Notes: a model not told the origin generated them from the letters alone. A stretch of DNA of 64,000 bases from Callorhinchus milii (GCF_018977255.1 NW_024704742.1:119724001-119788000), one strand, 5' to 3'; numbered from the stretch's first letter, positions 1 to 12,590 are shown. Program-made: numbers and translations.

Positions 1-180
1 TTAGTACCCTGGAAAAGTGATCCACCAATCAACTAACAAATGGGTTCCTACTTACCGGTATGTAAACAGAAGCTTGTGGAGTAAGGAAACTTGCCTAACG
101 TTTCACCCTGCTTGGGAATCGAACCTAGTTACTCTCGCTTGCGAGGTGAGCGCTCTAACCAATATACTACAGGACTCCAC
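1..180 (-). mobile_element. tRNA-derived Deu-domain SINE, 5' part (long variant), cut by the window edge
   Basis: Reverse complement of the SINE head (ggagtcctgtag...ggttagagc...ggttcgattccc) plus the internal segment also seen at 57915-58087. Confidence 0.8.
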
Positions 181-310
181 AAATCTGCCAATCTATCACT
201 AAGAAGTTATAAATAGTACTACACTTCTATGATGATTGGCAGAATAATTCAGGTTATTCAAGCCCTACACATTACACATAAGTTTTGCTTAAAACTGTAA
301 CCTATTAACA

Positions 311-620
311 GGAGTCATGTAGCTCAGTGGTTAGAGCATTCACCTCACAACCAAAAGACCTGGATTCAATTCCTGACAGGGCAAAACCTTGAGCAAGTTT
401 CGTTACTCCACACACCTGATAATAATCCCTCACTTCGATCCATGAGTGTTTGTGGGACACGACTGTGCACAATTGGCTGCCGTATTTTGCCCACAAATAT
501 AGTCAATTCACTTTACAGTATATTCTGTGAAGTGCTTTGAGATGTTTAGAAGACGTGAAAAGTGCTATATCAAATGCAAAGATTATTATTATTAATAAAT
601 ATTATTATTATTAATATTAT
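311..620 (+). mobile_element. tRNA-derived Deu-domain SINE with L2-type tail (young family)
   Basis: tRNA-like head with A/B boxes, central gtttgtgggac...gctgtgc.caattggctgcc core, tail ...caaatgcaa.gattattatt. Confidence 0.9.
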
Positions 621-1395
621 TAAACACTTCACTTCACTCCAACAGTACAATACAGTATAATACAGTACAAATAATACACTGCACTTGCTTTATTCCAGGT
701 GGGAAACCACTGGCATGCATAGCATTGTGCCTGTAAGGTGGAGCACATGCTCCCACTTTGCTGCCCTGAAATAGGCAAATATGTACAAACCTTTCTTTAA
801 GCACTGACATTTCCCGAGATTTCCCTAGAAGCTGATAATAAGTGGTCTAATCTTACAATGTTGAAATGCAATACTTCAGTTTTATGTTGCTGCTTCAGTA
901 TAGAAACAAAGTGAAAACCAACACCTAGTATTGAACATTTCCCTTAAGGTACACAGTTCATAAATAAATGTGCCAATCCTGGCAGACCACTTGGAGCTAA
1001 CTAACGTTGCATTGCTAACAGTTTTGTTGAAAAATGGAAAAGGAATGAAGACAGGTTCAGCTCCATGAGTTTCTCCTCATAATTTAGTCTTGCAATCAGC
1101 CTTGTCATGCCTGTCCGATCTGTCTCAAAATCTCAATGGCCTTTTGATGGTATGGTACACAAAATTGTACACCATTGATCTGTGAAAGCATGGCATAATT
1201 TATTTTCAATTTTTGTCTCATGTCCTCAAGGTATATTCTAATATTCATCATCTGTGTTGACAATTTCACATTGGCCTGAACGTTTCAGTAAACAATGAGT
1301 AATCGCATCTAAATAATTTTCTTTTCCACTTTGCTAATGGAACCTTCCTTATTGTACACATGTTTCCTGTTTCAACATACTGTTTCTTGTTTCAA

Positions 1396-4300
1396 GGACT
1401 TGAGCAGAGAACCCAGCAGAGTGAGGAGGGAACAGAGTGAGAATTCTGTTAAGGAATTTGGTAAGAGTGGGAAAGAGGTGCATGATTACAAAATATATGT
1501 TATATTAAAATAATATAACTTATATAAAACATGTTTGAGAATATGGCAGGGCAGCTGAGACCAGTTGCATGCACAATGTGTGCCATGTGGGAACTCCAGG
1601 ATGCTTTGTGTGCCCTGGACAGACATGCATAGGAAGCCTCCGGCTGCTCGAGCTTGAGCTCAGAGTTTTTGAGCTTGAGGAGAGGCTGTGTCACTACATA
1701 GCATATGGGAGGCTGAAGAGTTCATGGATCGAACATTTCAGGAGGTGGTCACTCCACAGCCACAGAGGATTCAGAAGGAGTGTAAGTGGGTGACCACCTT
1801 GCATGGTAGCAAGAGGGGACGGGCAGTGCAGAAATCCCTCGAGTGTGTGGCACTTACAAACTGGTTCTCTGCACTGAATACCGGTCAGGGCGATGACACC
1901 TCTGTGGAGGGGAGTCGAAAGCAAATGGATGCACAGGGGGACACAGGGAAGAGTGTCAATGCAATTGTCATTGGGGACACAATGGTGAAAGGAGTAGACA
2001 GGCATTTCTGCCACCAAAGTCATGACTCTCGCATGGTATGTTGCCTCCCTGATGCCATGGTTGAAGACATCATGGAACAGGTACAAAACGTTCTACAGGG
2101 GGAAGGGGAATATTCAGAAGTCGTGGTCTATCTTGGGATCCATGATATAAGGAAAAGAAGAGCTGAGATCCTACAGGGAGAGTATCAGAACCTAGGGAAA
2201 AAGCTGAAGTGGAGGACCTCAAAGGTGGTGATCTCTAGATTACTCCCAGTACCTTGTGCAAGAGAGTATCAAAATAGCAGAATCAAACACACGAAAGGAG
2301 GGCTTTAGGCTCCTGGTTCATTGGGACCAGTTCTGGGACAGGTGGCACCTGTACAAGGTGAATAGGTTACACCTGAATAGGGCTGGGACCAATATCCTCA
2401 CAGGGAGGTTAACTAGTGCAGTGGGGAAGGGTTTAAACTAATTGTGAGGGGGAAGGGAATCAGGATGTAGCATTATAGAGGCCAAACAAGTTACATAGAG
2501 GGCTGGGAGAGACGAATAGCAATTTAATCACGAGTAATACAGAAAAGGGAGAGATTAAACAGGGGAGAAATGCAGAACAGACTAAATTGGTCTTGGAGTG
2601 CATGTGTGTAAATGCACTGTGTGGCAAATAAGATTGGTGAGCTACAGGCTCAAGTTGTCACATGAGATTATCGTGTAGTGGCAGTAATGGAGACCTGGCT
2701 CAAACAAGGGCAGGAATGGGAGTTGAATATTCCTGGCTACAATGTATTCAGGAGGGATAGGGAAGGAAAAAAGGAGTTGGGGAGGTGGCAATATTGATTA
2801 AAAAGGAGGTGGGGTGGCAATATTGATTAAAGACATGGTTACCGCCCTGGAAAGGGACAATGTGCTAGAGGGTCCCAAAACAGAATCTCTTTGGTTAGAG
2901 TTAAGGAGCACAAAATAAGTGTTACTATGTTAGGTGTACAAGCAGATTTCAGAAAGATGCAAAACCAATATAGTAGTGATCATGGGGGACTTCAATTATC
3001 CTAACATAGACTGGCAAAATAATAGCGTAAAGGGGGAAGGATTCCTAAAATGTGCGCAGGATAACTTTCTGGATCAGTATGCTTCCAGCCCAACGAGGAA
3101 GGAAGCAGTGCTGGATCTAGTTCTAGGGAATAAAGAGGGGCAAGCGAAGCAGGATTCAGTGGGAGAGCATCTGGACAACAGTGATCACAACATCATTAGG
3201 TTTAGAGTACTTATAGAAAGTAACACGGAGCAATCAAAGGTGAAGATACTCAACTGGAAGAGGACTAATTTCAGTGAGTTAAAAAGGGACCTAGCCAAGG
3301 TGGACTGGAAAGAAAGATTGTCAAGTAAAACAGCTAACGAGCAATGGGAAGCCTTCAAGGAGGAGATAGTTCAGGGACAGAGTTAATACATTCCCACAAA
3401 GGGGAAAAGTACGGCATCCAAACCTCACTGGATGAATAAGGAAGTTGCGATTAAAATAAAACGAAGGAAGCATAAATGTCAGATCCAAAATACAGAAGAT
3501 AATCGAATAGAATATAGAAAGTACAGCGGAGAACTGAAAAACGAAATAAGAGGGGCAAAGAGATTATATGATAAAAGTTTAGCAGGTAACATAAAAGGGA
3601 ACCCTAAGGTATTTTATAAGCATATAAAGAATAAAACATTATTCAAAGGTAGGGTGGGTCCAATTAGGAACCAAAGAGGAAATCTTCTTGTGGAGGTTGA
3701 TGTACTGAATGAGTACTTTGCATCTGTCTTTACAAAAGAAGAGGGTGCAGCCAATGCCACAGTATCAGAGGAGAGGGTAGAAAAATTGGATAAGATAAGA
3801 ATAAACTGAGAAGAGGGACTAAATAAGTTGTAGGTGCTCAAGGTACATAAGTTACCCGGTCCAGACGGGATACATCCTAGATTACTAAGGGAAGTAAGGA
3901 TGCAAATAACAGAGGCTCTGGCCACAATCTTTCAATCCTCCTTGGACACTGGGGTGGTGCCAGAGGACTGGAGATGTTACTCCCCTGTACAAAAAGGAGC
4001 AGAAGAATAAACCCGGGAACTACAGGCCAGTCAGCCTAACGTCAGTAATGGGGAAACTTCTAGAGACTATGATCTAGGACAAAATAAATTTTCACTTAGG
4101 AAAATATGAGTTAATAAAGGACAGCCAACACGGATTTGTTAAAGGCAAATCATGTCTAACAAACCTGACAGAGGTTTTTTGATGAAGTAACGGAGGGGGT
4201 GGATAAAGGTAGTGCAGTTGATGTAGTTTATAAGGATTTTTAAAAGGCGTTTGATAAAGTGCCACATAAGAGACTCGTAAGCAAAATAGAAGCCCATGGT

Positions 4301-5366
4301 ATTAAAGGGACAGTGGCAGCATGGATACAGAACGGTTGTTTTTCTGACTGGAAGGAAGTGTGCAAGTGGTGTTCCCCAGGGATCAGTATTGGGACCACTG
4401 CTGTTTTTGATCTATGTAAATGACCTGGACTTGGGTATAGGGAGTACAGTTTCACGTTTGCAGATGATGCTAAGCTAGGAAAAGTAGTAAGGAGGATAGT
4501 AGCAGACTGCAAATGGACATAGACAGACTGGTAAAATGGGCAGACACGTGGCAGATGAAGTTTAATGTGGAGAAATGCTAAGTGATGCATTTTGGTAGAA
4601 AGAATGAGGAGAGGCAATATAAGCTGATGGTACAATCTTAAAGGGGATGAAGGAACAGAGAGACCTGGGGGTTCATATCAGTAAATCTTTGATGGTGGCA
4701 GGACAGGTAGATAAAGCTGTTAAAAAATCATACGGGATATTAGGCTTTATAAATAGGGGCAATGAATACAAAAGTCCGGAAGTTATGATGAACCTTTATA
4801 AAACACTGGTTAGACCTCAGCTAGAGTAGTGTGTTCAGTTCTGGGCACCAGACTTTAGGAAGAATGTCAAGGCATTGGAGATGGTGCAAAGGAGATTTAC
4901 CAGGATGGTACCAGGAATGAGGGACTTCAATTATCAGGAGAGACTAGAGAAGCTAGGATTATTCTCGTTAGAGCAGAGAAGATTAAAAGGAGATTTAATA
5001 GAAGATTTAAAAATTATGAGCGGATTCGATAGGGTGAACATGGGGAAACTATTTCTACTGGCGAGTGGGCGCTAACACAAGGACACCGATTTAAGATAGT
5101 TGTTAAAAGAAACAAAGGGGAGGTGAGGAGAAATGTTTTCACACAGCGAGTTGTTCGGATCTGGAATGCATTGCCTGAAAGGGTGGTGGAAGCCGATTCG
5201 ATACAACTTTTAAGAAAGAAGTAGATAATTATTTGGGGAAGACAAGTTTGCAGGGCTATGGGGAGAGAGGGAGGAGTGGGATTGAATTGGAAAGCTCTTT
5301 TCAAAGAACCGGCACAGACACGATGGGCAGAATGGCCTCCTTCTGTGTTGTATGATTCTATGGTTC
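1396..5366 (+). mobile_element. Near full-length degenerate CR1 LINE: ORF1 (Cys-rich N-terminus, coiled coil, SGNH esterase) and ORF2 (APE endonuclease + RT)
   Basis: ATG at 1543 MAGQLRPVACTMCAMWE; ORF 1688 AIVIGDT...VCCLP...VVVYLGIHD; ORF 2934 IMGDFNYPNIDW...LDLVL...[14 protein letters not shown] at ~4370; 3' UTR ending gaatggcctccttctgtgttgtatgattctatg. Many stops and frameshifts. Confidence 0.95.
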
Positions 5367-5765
5367 TTTGAAACAATACTCTACCCTTGTCTACATTACA
5401 ATCCATCTGCCATACCTTTATCAATTTGCTTATTGTAATTAATATGTGTTCCCTAGATACAAAATGTCAACTAAAATCTGTGTGCCATTGTCTTGATGTT
5501 TAAGGCAATTTACTTTTCTGCAGTAGTTAACATTGGTGAAGAAGCAGAGCTTGGCATGAAATGCAAGTCAAACTCAGGTAATCGAGATTTTTGGAAGCTA
5601 CTGTAATATGGAGATTCTATTTTACTCTTAGCAATAAGTTTCTGAATTGAATTAATGCTAGCACAGATGGATGTCTAAATTGCATTTGTTATGTTTGAAA
5701 CAGAACTATGAGAAAATGGGTCTAATTTAGGGAGTAACAGTAGATGGCAATGTTAATTTCATATA

Positions 5766-6020
5766 TTCCAGGCAGGGCGAAACCTTGGGCGAGTTTCCTT
5801 ACTCCACACGCCTAATAATAATCCCTCCAAAAAATCAAAACAATAATAAATTGGTCATTTTCAATCCATGACTGTTTGTGGGACATTGCTGTGCGCAATT
5901 GGCTGCCGCGTTCGCCCACAAATATACAGTCAATTCACTTTACAGTGTGTTCAGTGAAGCGCTTTGGGACGTCCTCCCGACGTGAAAAGCGCTATATCAA
6001 TGCAAGGATTATTATTATTA
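5766..6020 (+). mobile_element. Deu-domain SINE, 5'-truncated
   Basis: Matches the body and tail of the 311 copy; tail hairpin loop ctccc. Confidence 0.9.
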
Positions 6021-6052
6021 TATATATCATATTCTTACATATATCATATCAG

Positions 6053-6353
6053 TAGTCCTGTAGCTTAGTGGTTAGAACACTCGCCTCACAAGCGAGAGAC
6101 CTGGGTTTGATTCCCAGCAGGGCAAAACCTTGGGCAAGTTTCCTTACTCCACATGCCTGATAACAATCCCTCAATAAAAAAATAATAATTTGGTCACTCA
6201 ATTCATGACTGTTTGTGGGACATTGCTGTGCGCAATTGGCTGCCGCATTTCGCCCACAAAATATACAGTCAAGTTAATTTACAGTATATTCTGTGAAGCG
6301 CTTTGAGACATCTAGAAGATGTGAATCAAATGCAAGGATTATTGTTATTATTG
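6053..6353 (+). mobile_element. Deu-domain SINE, full length
   Basis: tRNA head, Deu core and (att)n tail. Confidence 0.9.
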
Positions 6354-6709
6354 ATAGGATTTTGTTTAATGCCTAAGGGCTCCAAGGAAGAACCCATTTA
6401 ATTGCATGCACAGCTTTGCATTGGGTACAGGCATATCTGGGAGATACAGAGAAGGATTATTCTGTTAAACTGAACATATCAAGGATGGATAGGAAGTTAA
6501 CTCTAAGTTAAGCTCTTAAACACACCTTGAGGCATTTGGCAGATTGCGATGATTAATGATTCCATTTATTAATTTAGCAAGGGAGCCGTCACCATGATCT
6601 CTCAATACATCGTGATGATCCTCCATCATGCAAGTCCATTACGATGTAAGAAGATGCTAAGACAGTTGTGGCAACTTATGGCTAGGATGTGGAAGACGTG
6701 ACAGTGAGT

Positions 6710-7031
6710 AATAATAATAATAATAATCCTTGCATTTGATATAGCGTTTTTCACATCGGGAGGACGTCCCAAAGCGCTTCACAGAACACACTGTAAAGAG
6801 AATTGACTGTATATTTGTGGGCGAACGCGGCAGCCAATTGCGCACAGCAATGTCCCACAAACAGTCGTAGATTGAAAATGTCCAATTTATTATTGTTTTG
6901 GGTTTTGGAGGGATTATTATTAGGCGTATGGAGTAAGGAAACTTGCCCAAGGTTTCGCCCTCTGCCTGGAATTGAACTCAGGTCTCTCGCTTGCAAAGCG
7001 AGTGCTCTAACCACTGAGCTACAGGACTCCA
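6710..7031 (-). mobile_element. Deu-domain SINE, full length
   Basis: Reverse-complement copy: (aat)n tail at left, head ending ...gctacaggactcc at right. Confidence 0.9.
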
Positions 7032-8200
7032 CTGAGAGCTATGCAAGACGTCAGAAGAAAAGTGACATTAGTGCATGTGCACCATTGGCACTGGGGGCAT
7101 GGCCATACCCAAGAACAAAATTTACAGAAGAGGACATTCAAGGACCTCATAGACAAGCAGAGCCTTCATCTCCTGAAGAAGGCTGAGAAGCAGTTGGTCA
7201 GTCTTGTGAATCCAGCTGGACAGTGTGGCCATTGGGCTAAAAGTGACTGCTGTCCTGAATCTTTATGTGACTGGCATCTTCCAAAGTCCAAGTGAGCTTG
7301 AAAAGCTTCAAATCGGTGTGTTGTTTATTCAAAAGGTGAACAATCAGTTGTACCTCAAAGCATATGGATACATCTTTTTTGGAAATAAACGCCATAAACA
7401 AAAATAAAGACAGCTTGACAGCTTAGCTTTTATCACCTCCTGGCTGCCCCAAAGTGGAGATGGTGATAGATTGTACACATGTTGCAATCAACTGCTATAC
7501 ATAAATCTCCTTCCTACATACAATACAAAATTACATTTGTAAATTGCCTTTCACGTCGGGAGGATGTACCAAGGCACTGAACAGTTAGGGAGTAGGACCC
7601 AAGTGGGGGATTGGGATCAGGGAGGCTGGAGGGCAGAGAGGGTAGCAGGGAGGCCAGAGGCACAGTCGAAGAGGAGGGTCTTGAGGTGTGCCTTGAAGGA
7701 GGCACGGGAGGGAGTGAGGCTAAGGGAATGTGGGATGGAGTTCCAGAGGGTGGGGGCAGAGAGGCTGAAGGCCCAACTGCTGATGGTGGGTCGGGCCGGG
7801 CGGGGGACGTGGAGCAGGCCGGAGCCTACTAAACGGAGGGAGCGGACAGGATGATGAAGAGTTAGCAGGTCAGGGAGGTAGGAGGGGCCAAGGCCATGGA
7901 GAGCCTTGAAAGTGAGGACGAGAATTTTGAACGTGATCCTCTGAGGGAATGGGGACATGAACAGGAAAGACTTATGGCATGAAGTCCAGGTGGTAGGGGA
8001 TAGTTCTGGCTGACTGAGTATTGCACATCAACAGGGGCAGCACTCAACTCTTAGATTGTGACCTCAGATATATCCAAAAATGTTCCATGGCCCCAATAAA
8101 CTCCTGTGGTGGTTCCTTGGGGTCAGAGATTGTGGTCTCAATCCATGGCTGCTGACCCCCATACCACAACTACAGATCATGGCCAAAGTACAGTACGTAC
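7032..8200 (+). pseudogene. Fossil PIF/Harbinger DDE transposase (HARBI1-like), interrupted by an L2
   Basis: Colinear fragments LKVTAVLNLYVTGIFQ (ORF 7225), GCPKVEMVIDCTHVAI (7442-7489), RKDLWHEVQVV (~7963) and WFLGVRDCGLNPWLLTPI (8110-8163). These match Harbinger motifs GFPxVxGxIDCTHVAI, RKGFHSxNVQ and WLLGDxGYxLxPWLLTP. Confidence 0.85.
7513..7955 (-). mobile_element. L2 LINE 3' fragment
   Basis: ORF 7617..7958 RITFKILVLTFKALHGLGPSYL...FSLSAPTLWNSIP...FKAHLKTLLF, plus L2 tail. Confidence 0.92.
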
Positions 8201-8436
8201 CAAGGTTCCCCTGATGACAGGTTCTCAATGTGCAAACCTGCTCAAGTAGAATTTAATAAAAATAGATTTGAATGTTGAAGGCACAGTCAAACCAGCACTC
8301 GTCAAGAGTATGCCTCACATGGGATTTTAGAGTGGAGGTGAGGGTGAGCCTTAGTTTTTTTTCTACACATTTGTACATGCACTAAACTTGAATATATAGT
8401 AGCCATTTTTCCAAAAGCATATATAGTTATTTTATT

Positions 8437-8540
8437 AAAAACAACAACAGAAGTCAGTGGGAACACTCAGCAGGTCAGGCAGCATCTATGGAGAAAGAAA
8501 AGTGAGTCAATGTTTTGGGTCCACGACCCTTCATCAGAAC
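8437..8540 (-). mobile_element. Penelope-like element terminal repeat fragment with degenerate hammerhead motif
   Basis: Same sequence as the end of the 25204 element. Minus strand reads gttCTGATGAagggtcgtggacccAAAAcatt (GAAA mutated). Confidence 0.75.
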
Positions 8541-9227
8541 ACAGTCAGTCATTCCAAATGTTAGGTTTCTCCATCAATCAGAGAAGCTTTGTATACTCTG
8601 CAATGCACCAGATGAGGAGTCCAAAAATATGGTTGTCTCTCTCGAGCATTCAAATCCATAGTGGCTTTTTCTCTGAGCCTCCTCTTCATCGTCAGGGAAT
8701 GACTCCTTCTCCTCAGGAAGAATTCTGAGTCATTTGTTGCCCCATTGTTGGGCATTACTGTTGGCTGTCATTGGTGGTGGGGAATGGAAATTCTGGAAGA
8801 AAAGTGGGAGACAGAAAGATTACCCTTGAAAAGGGGACTTGTTTTCTTATGGACAAAAATGAACAAAACATGGCTTTACTTTCCTTGTCATCCAGTCAAA
8901 TTAATATGTGCCTTACCTTCATGGCATTATCTCCATCCAAAATCTCCAACCTTGACCCCCACAATGAACTCCTCATTGAACAACAACAACTTGCATTTAT
9001 ATAGCAGACCTCATGTGGGTTAGCATCCCTGAATGCAGAAGCAGAATGAATTATAAAGCCTCAGTCTCATTATACTTCCCATTACTTATTGCTTCTTGTT
9101 TTTGCTCCTGTACAATTAGATATATAATTCCCATAGCCAGCCACTGAATGTTATGATCACATAGATGATGTAATGTCGACTGCTTGGTGTCTGATACCTT
9201 AGTAATTCCCTTTCACTTTTCATATTT

Positions 9228-9490
9228 ACATAGATTTACATAGACTGTACAATGGCCAAAAAAGCCATTTGGCCCAACCAGTCCATGCCAGTGTTTATAT
9301 TCCACATGAATCTCCACTCAGTCCTTACTCCTTCCCAAACTCTTCTATTCCCTTCCCCCTTGTGGTATTATCTAGCTTCCTCTTAAAAGCATTTATACTA
9401 TCTGCTTTAATCACCACTTTGGGCAGTAAGTTCCACTTTCTCACTAGCCTCTGCGTGAAGCAGTTCCTTCTAACTTTTCTTTTAGAGCTC
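9228..9490 (-). mobile_element. CR1 LINE 3' end
   Basis: ORF 9325 VRRNCFTQRLVRKWNLLP...SINAFKRKLD; tail repeat tttacataga. Confidence 0.85.
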
Positions 9491-9491
9491 C

Positions 9492-9800
9492 TAATAATAA
9501 TAATAATCCTTGCATTTGATATAGCGCTTTTCACGTCGGGAGGACGTCCCAAAACGCTTCACAGAACACACTGTAAAGTGAATTGACTATATATTTGTGG
9601 GAGAACACGGCAGCCAATTGCGCACAGCAATGTCCCACAAACAGTCGTAGATTGAAAATGACCAATTTATCATTGTTTTGGGTTTTTGGAGGGATTATTA
9701 TCAGGCGTGTGGAATAAGGAAACTCGCCCAAGGTTTTGCCCTGCCTGGAATTGAACTCGGGTCTCTCGCTTGCAAAGCGAGTGCTCTAACCACTGAGCTG
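9492..9800 (-). mobile_element. Deu-domain SINE
   Basis: Near-identical to the 6710 copy. Confidence 0.9.
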
Positions 9801-10087
9801 TTTGTGGTGTGTGTTTTTCTGCCCTACACAATTGAATAGCTGGCCATCTAGGCTATTTTCATTTTTATACACATGAACAATGACTTCCTGAGTAAGGTTC
9901 CAGAGGACTGCTGGCATCCGTGTGGATGGTAACCCAGCCAGAGTCAGCACGTTCAGGTAGGAAGGAGAAAGAAACAACACACTGAAATGCTTACAAGTCC
10001 AACTCTAAGGGATTGTGAATGCTGTATGAAAAAAGCACATTAGGTGGTTGAGTTTTTAAAATCTCAAAGGATATCAACAAACTGTGT

Positions 10088-10388
10088 GGAGTCCTGTAGC
10101 TCAGTGGTTAGAGCACTTGCCTCGTAAGTGAGAGACCCGGGTTTGATTCCCAGCGGGGCAAAAGCTTGGGCAAGTTTCCTTACTCCACATGCCTGATAAT
10201 AATCCCTCAAGAAAATAAGTAAAATAACAATTTGGTCACTCAATCAGTGGGACACTGCTTTGCGCAATTGGCTGCCGCGTTTCGTCCACAAATATACAGT
10301 CAATTCACTTTACAGTATATTCTGTGAAGCGCTTTGAGACGTCTAGAAGAGGTGAAAAGTGCTAAAGCAAATGCAATAATTATTATTA
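10088..10388 (+). mobile_element. Deu-domain SINE, full length
   Basis: ggagtcctgtagctcagtggttagagc head, core and tail. Confidence 0.9.
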
Positions 10389-10466
10389 AAACGAAGCATT
10401 ACTTAATTTACACTAAGTGTTTAAGACTCCAAGACTATCGCGCACAGCAATGTCCCACAAACAGTC

Positions 10467-11140
10467 GTAGATTAACCAAGCAAGCATGTTTAGAATCAAG
10501 CATGATATCAAGGTTGCTACTAAACTGAATGTTTATAAGGCAGTTGTCCTTACCAATCTTCTGCATGGATGTGAAGCATGGACACTGTATAGAAGGCACA
10601 TACATCAGCTGAAAAGGTTTCACCAAAGACACTTATATATCTTACTTCATATTTGGTAAGAGGATAAAATCACAAATAATGAAGTATTGGAACATGGTGA
10701 CAGGACCAGCATTGAGTCTGTGAAATCAATGCTCAGCTCTGTTGGGCTGGACATGTTGTTAAGATGGGAGACATTTGGTTGCCAGAGCAAGTGCTCTATG
10801 GAGAACTGGAGGTTGGTAGTAAAAGCAGGTCAGACAACAAAGTCACTACAAAGGCACAATGAAACAGTGCAATCAATATGATTGTTGACTCTTGGGAAAT
10901 GGAGTGAGGGACTTTGAGGAACAATGCTGTATCCGTGTGGAGGAATGACCAAGAGACTGAAGGATTGGCAATGTCAGAGAAATTCAACAGGAAAACTCCC
11001 CCGGAATGAGGTTATGTGCGGCCTATGGTAGACAATATCTGTCACATATTGGCCTGCGAAGTCATCGACACATCCATCTACCATCGACTTTTGCTCTCCT
11101 CGTTGTTGGCATCGTCATCCTTGAGTACGAGGAACAATCC
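10467..11140 (+). mobile_element. RTE-clade LINE 3' fragment (copy 1 of local duplication)
   Basis: Translates to TKLNVYKAVVLTNLLHGCEAWTLYRRHIHQLKRFHQR...KITNNEVL...WAGHVVKM...VLYGEL, and a C-terminal C..GR.Y.SHIGLRSH.H.H motif typical of RTE ORFs. Confidence 0.85.
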
Positions 11141-11564
11141 CCTATTCCTTCAATAAAATATTTGTTCTTCCAACTATGCATTGTGTTGCTATATTGTTAA
11201 TAGAGATTTGCATATATAGCACAGTAAAACAATAACAAACAACCACCTATTCATCAAGCTCAGGAGCGTTGCCTGGTGATATTGCCTTTGGTAGACTCCA
11301 TGTACTCACATACACACAGGGTACTCCCCATGGAACACAGAGGGTGAGCACACAATGATCCTGTTTCATAGAAGGGTTACTGAAAACTAAAAGAGCCATT
11401 AGTGCACAAAAGAACACAATTTAAATAGCCGCATGATGATAGTTCATGTTCCTTTTCAATAAACTAAGTCAGTAAAGTATCAGCTGAATGGGTAAATGGC
11501 TTCCAATGCCAGAATGACTGCTTGCTCTTGTGTTGATTGGGGAGAGGATGAGATATTAACTTCT

Positions 11565-11864
11565 ATAATAATAATAATAATAATCCTTGCATTTGATATA
11601 GCGCTTTTCACGTCTTCTAGACGTCCCAAAGCGCCTCACAGAATATACTGTGAAGTGAATTGACTGAATATTTGTGGGCGAACGCGGCAGCCAATTGCGC
11701 ACTGCAATGTCCCACAAACAGTCATGGATTGAAAATGACCAATTTATTATTGTTTTTTTGGAGGGATTATTATTAGGCGTGTGGAGTAAGGAAACTTGCC
11801 CAAGGTTTCGCCCTGCCTGGAATTGAACTCAGGTCTGCTCTAACCACTGAGCTACAGGACTCCA
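11565..11864 (-). mobile_element. Deu-domain SINE (small deletion in head)
   Basis: (aat)n tail, core and head. Confidence 0.9.
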
Positions 11865-11899
11865 CAAAGGACTCCTAGTCACTGTCTCATACTTGTATC

Positions 11900-12590
11900 G
11901 CCTGTTTACGGACTCCCCAACAAATCTATTTATGCTGACCTAATCACGTTGTTTTATAATTTGTAATACCTCCATTAGAGGTTTGCACCTCTATTAATCT
12001 AAAGAAAAAATGTCTGACCTATTCAGTCTATTCTGACAGTGGTAACCTGACAGCCCTGGTAAGATCCTAGTGAACCTACCCTGTACTCTTTCCATCGCTG
12101 CTGTAACCTCTAACCAAGGTTTTACACAATTTTAACATCACTTCCTCACTTTTATATTCTATCCCTCTGGATATCAATCCCAATACCTCATTAGCCTTTT
12201 TTTATATAGCTTTATCAACCTCATGCTACTTAGAGATTTATGGATCTGAATCCCCAGATCTCTTTGGTCCTCAACTCCTCTTAGGTACCTACCATCTAGA
12301 CCAGGGGTCTTCAACGTTCGATCTCCACTAAGTGGAGCCTCGCAGTTAACACTAAGGTTTAACACTATATTTTTGTTTTGAGATGCATGAAATATTAAGT
12401 GCATCTGGCTTTGTTTTCAATTGGACTAAATAAATATGCAGTTCTATTGCTATTCCTCTTATCTTTTTGATCGTGCACAAGAGCGCCACCTAGCCACAAT
12501 CGACGGATTGAAGACCCCTAACATAGGCTATCGACAGCTTCTTTTTTTCTGCCAAATGAGTTACTTCACATTTTCCAATGTTAAACTTCA
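11900..12590 (-). mobile_element. Old CR1 ORF2 C-terminal fragment interrupted by a hAT MITE
   Basis: ORF 12174 LRGVEDQRDLGIQIHKSL; flanks resemble the CR1 RT C-terminus. Confidence 0.7.
12302..12519. mobile_element. Non-autonomous hAT (Charlie-type) MITE, ~220 bp
   Basis: TIRs caggggtcttcaa (12302) and ttgaagacccct (12508-12519). Left flank atctagac fits the nTCTAGAn Charlie target preference; right TSD not preserved. Confidence 0.75.

Noticed and set aside
311..385. tRNA-like sequences (also 6053, 10088, 18160, 47792, 54442 and minus-strand copies)
   Set aside because: Each runs directly into SINE body and tail; these are SINE heads, not tRNA genes.
580..680. Short periodic repeats ((att)n, acttc, acagt/acaat) and similar (ttg)n/(aat)n runs elsewhere
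   Set aside because: Retroelement tails and simple repeats; no repeat-spacer structure, so not CRISPR-like.
2770..2832. Tandem duplication ggtggcaatattgattaaa in the CR1 endonuclease region
   Set aside because: Ordinary post-insertion slippage in a dead LINE.
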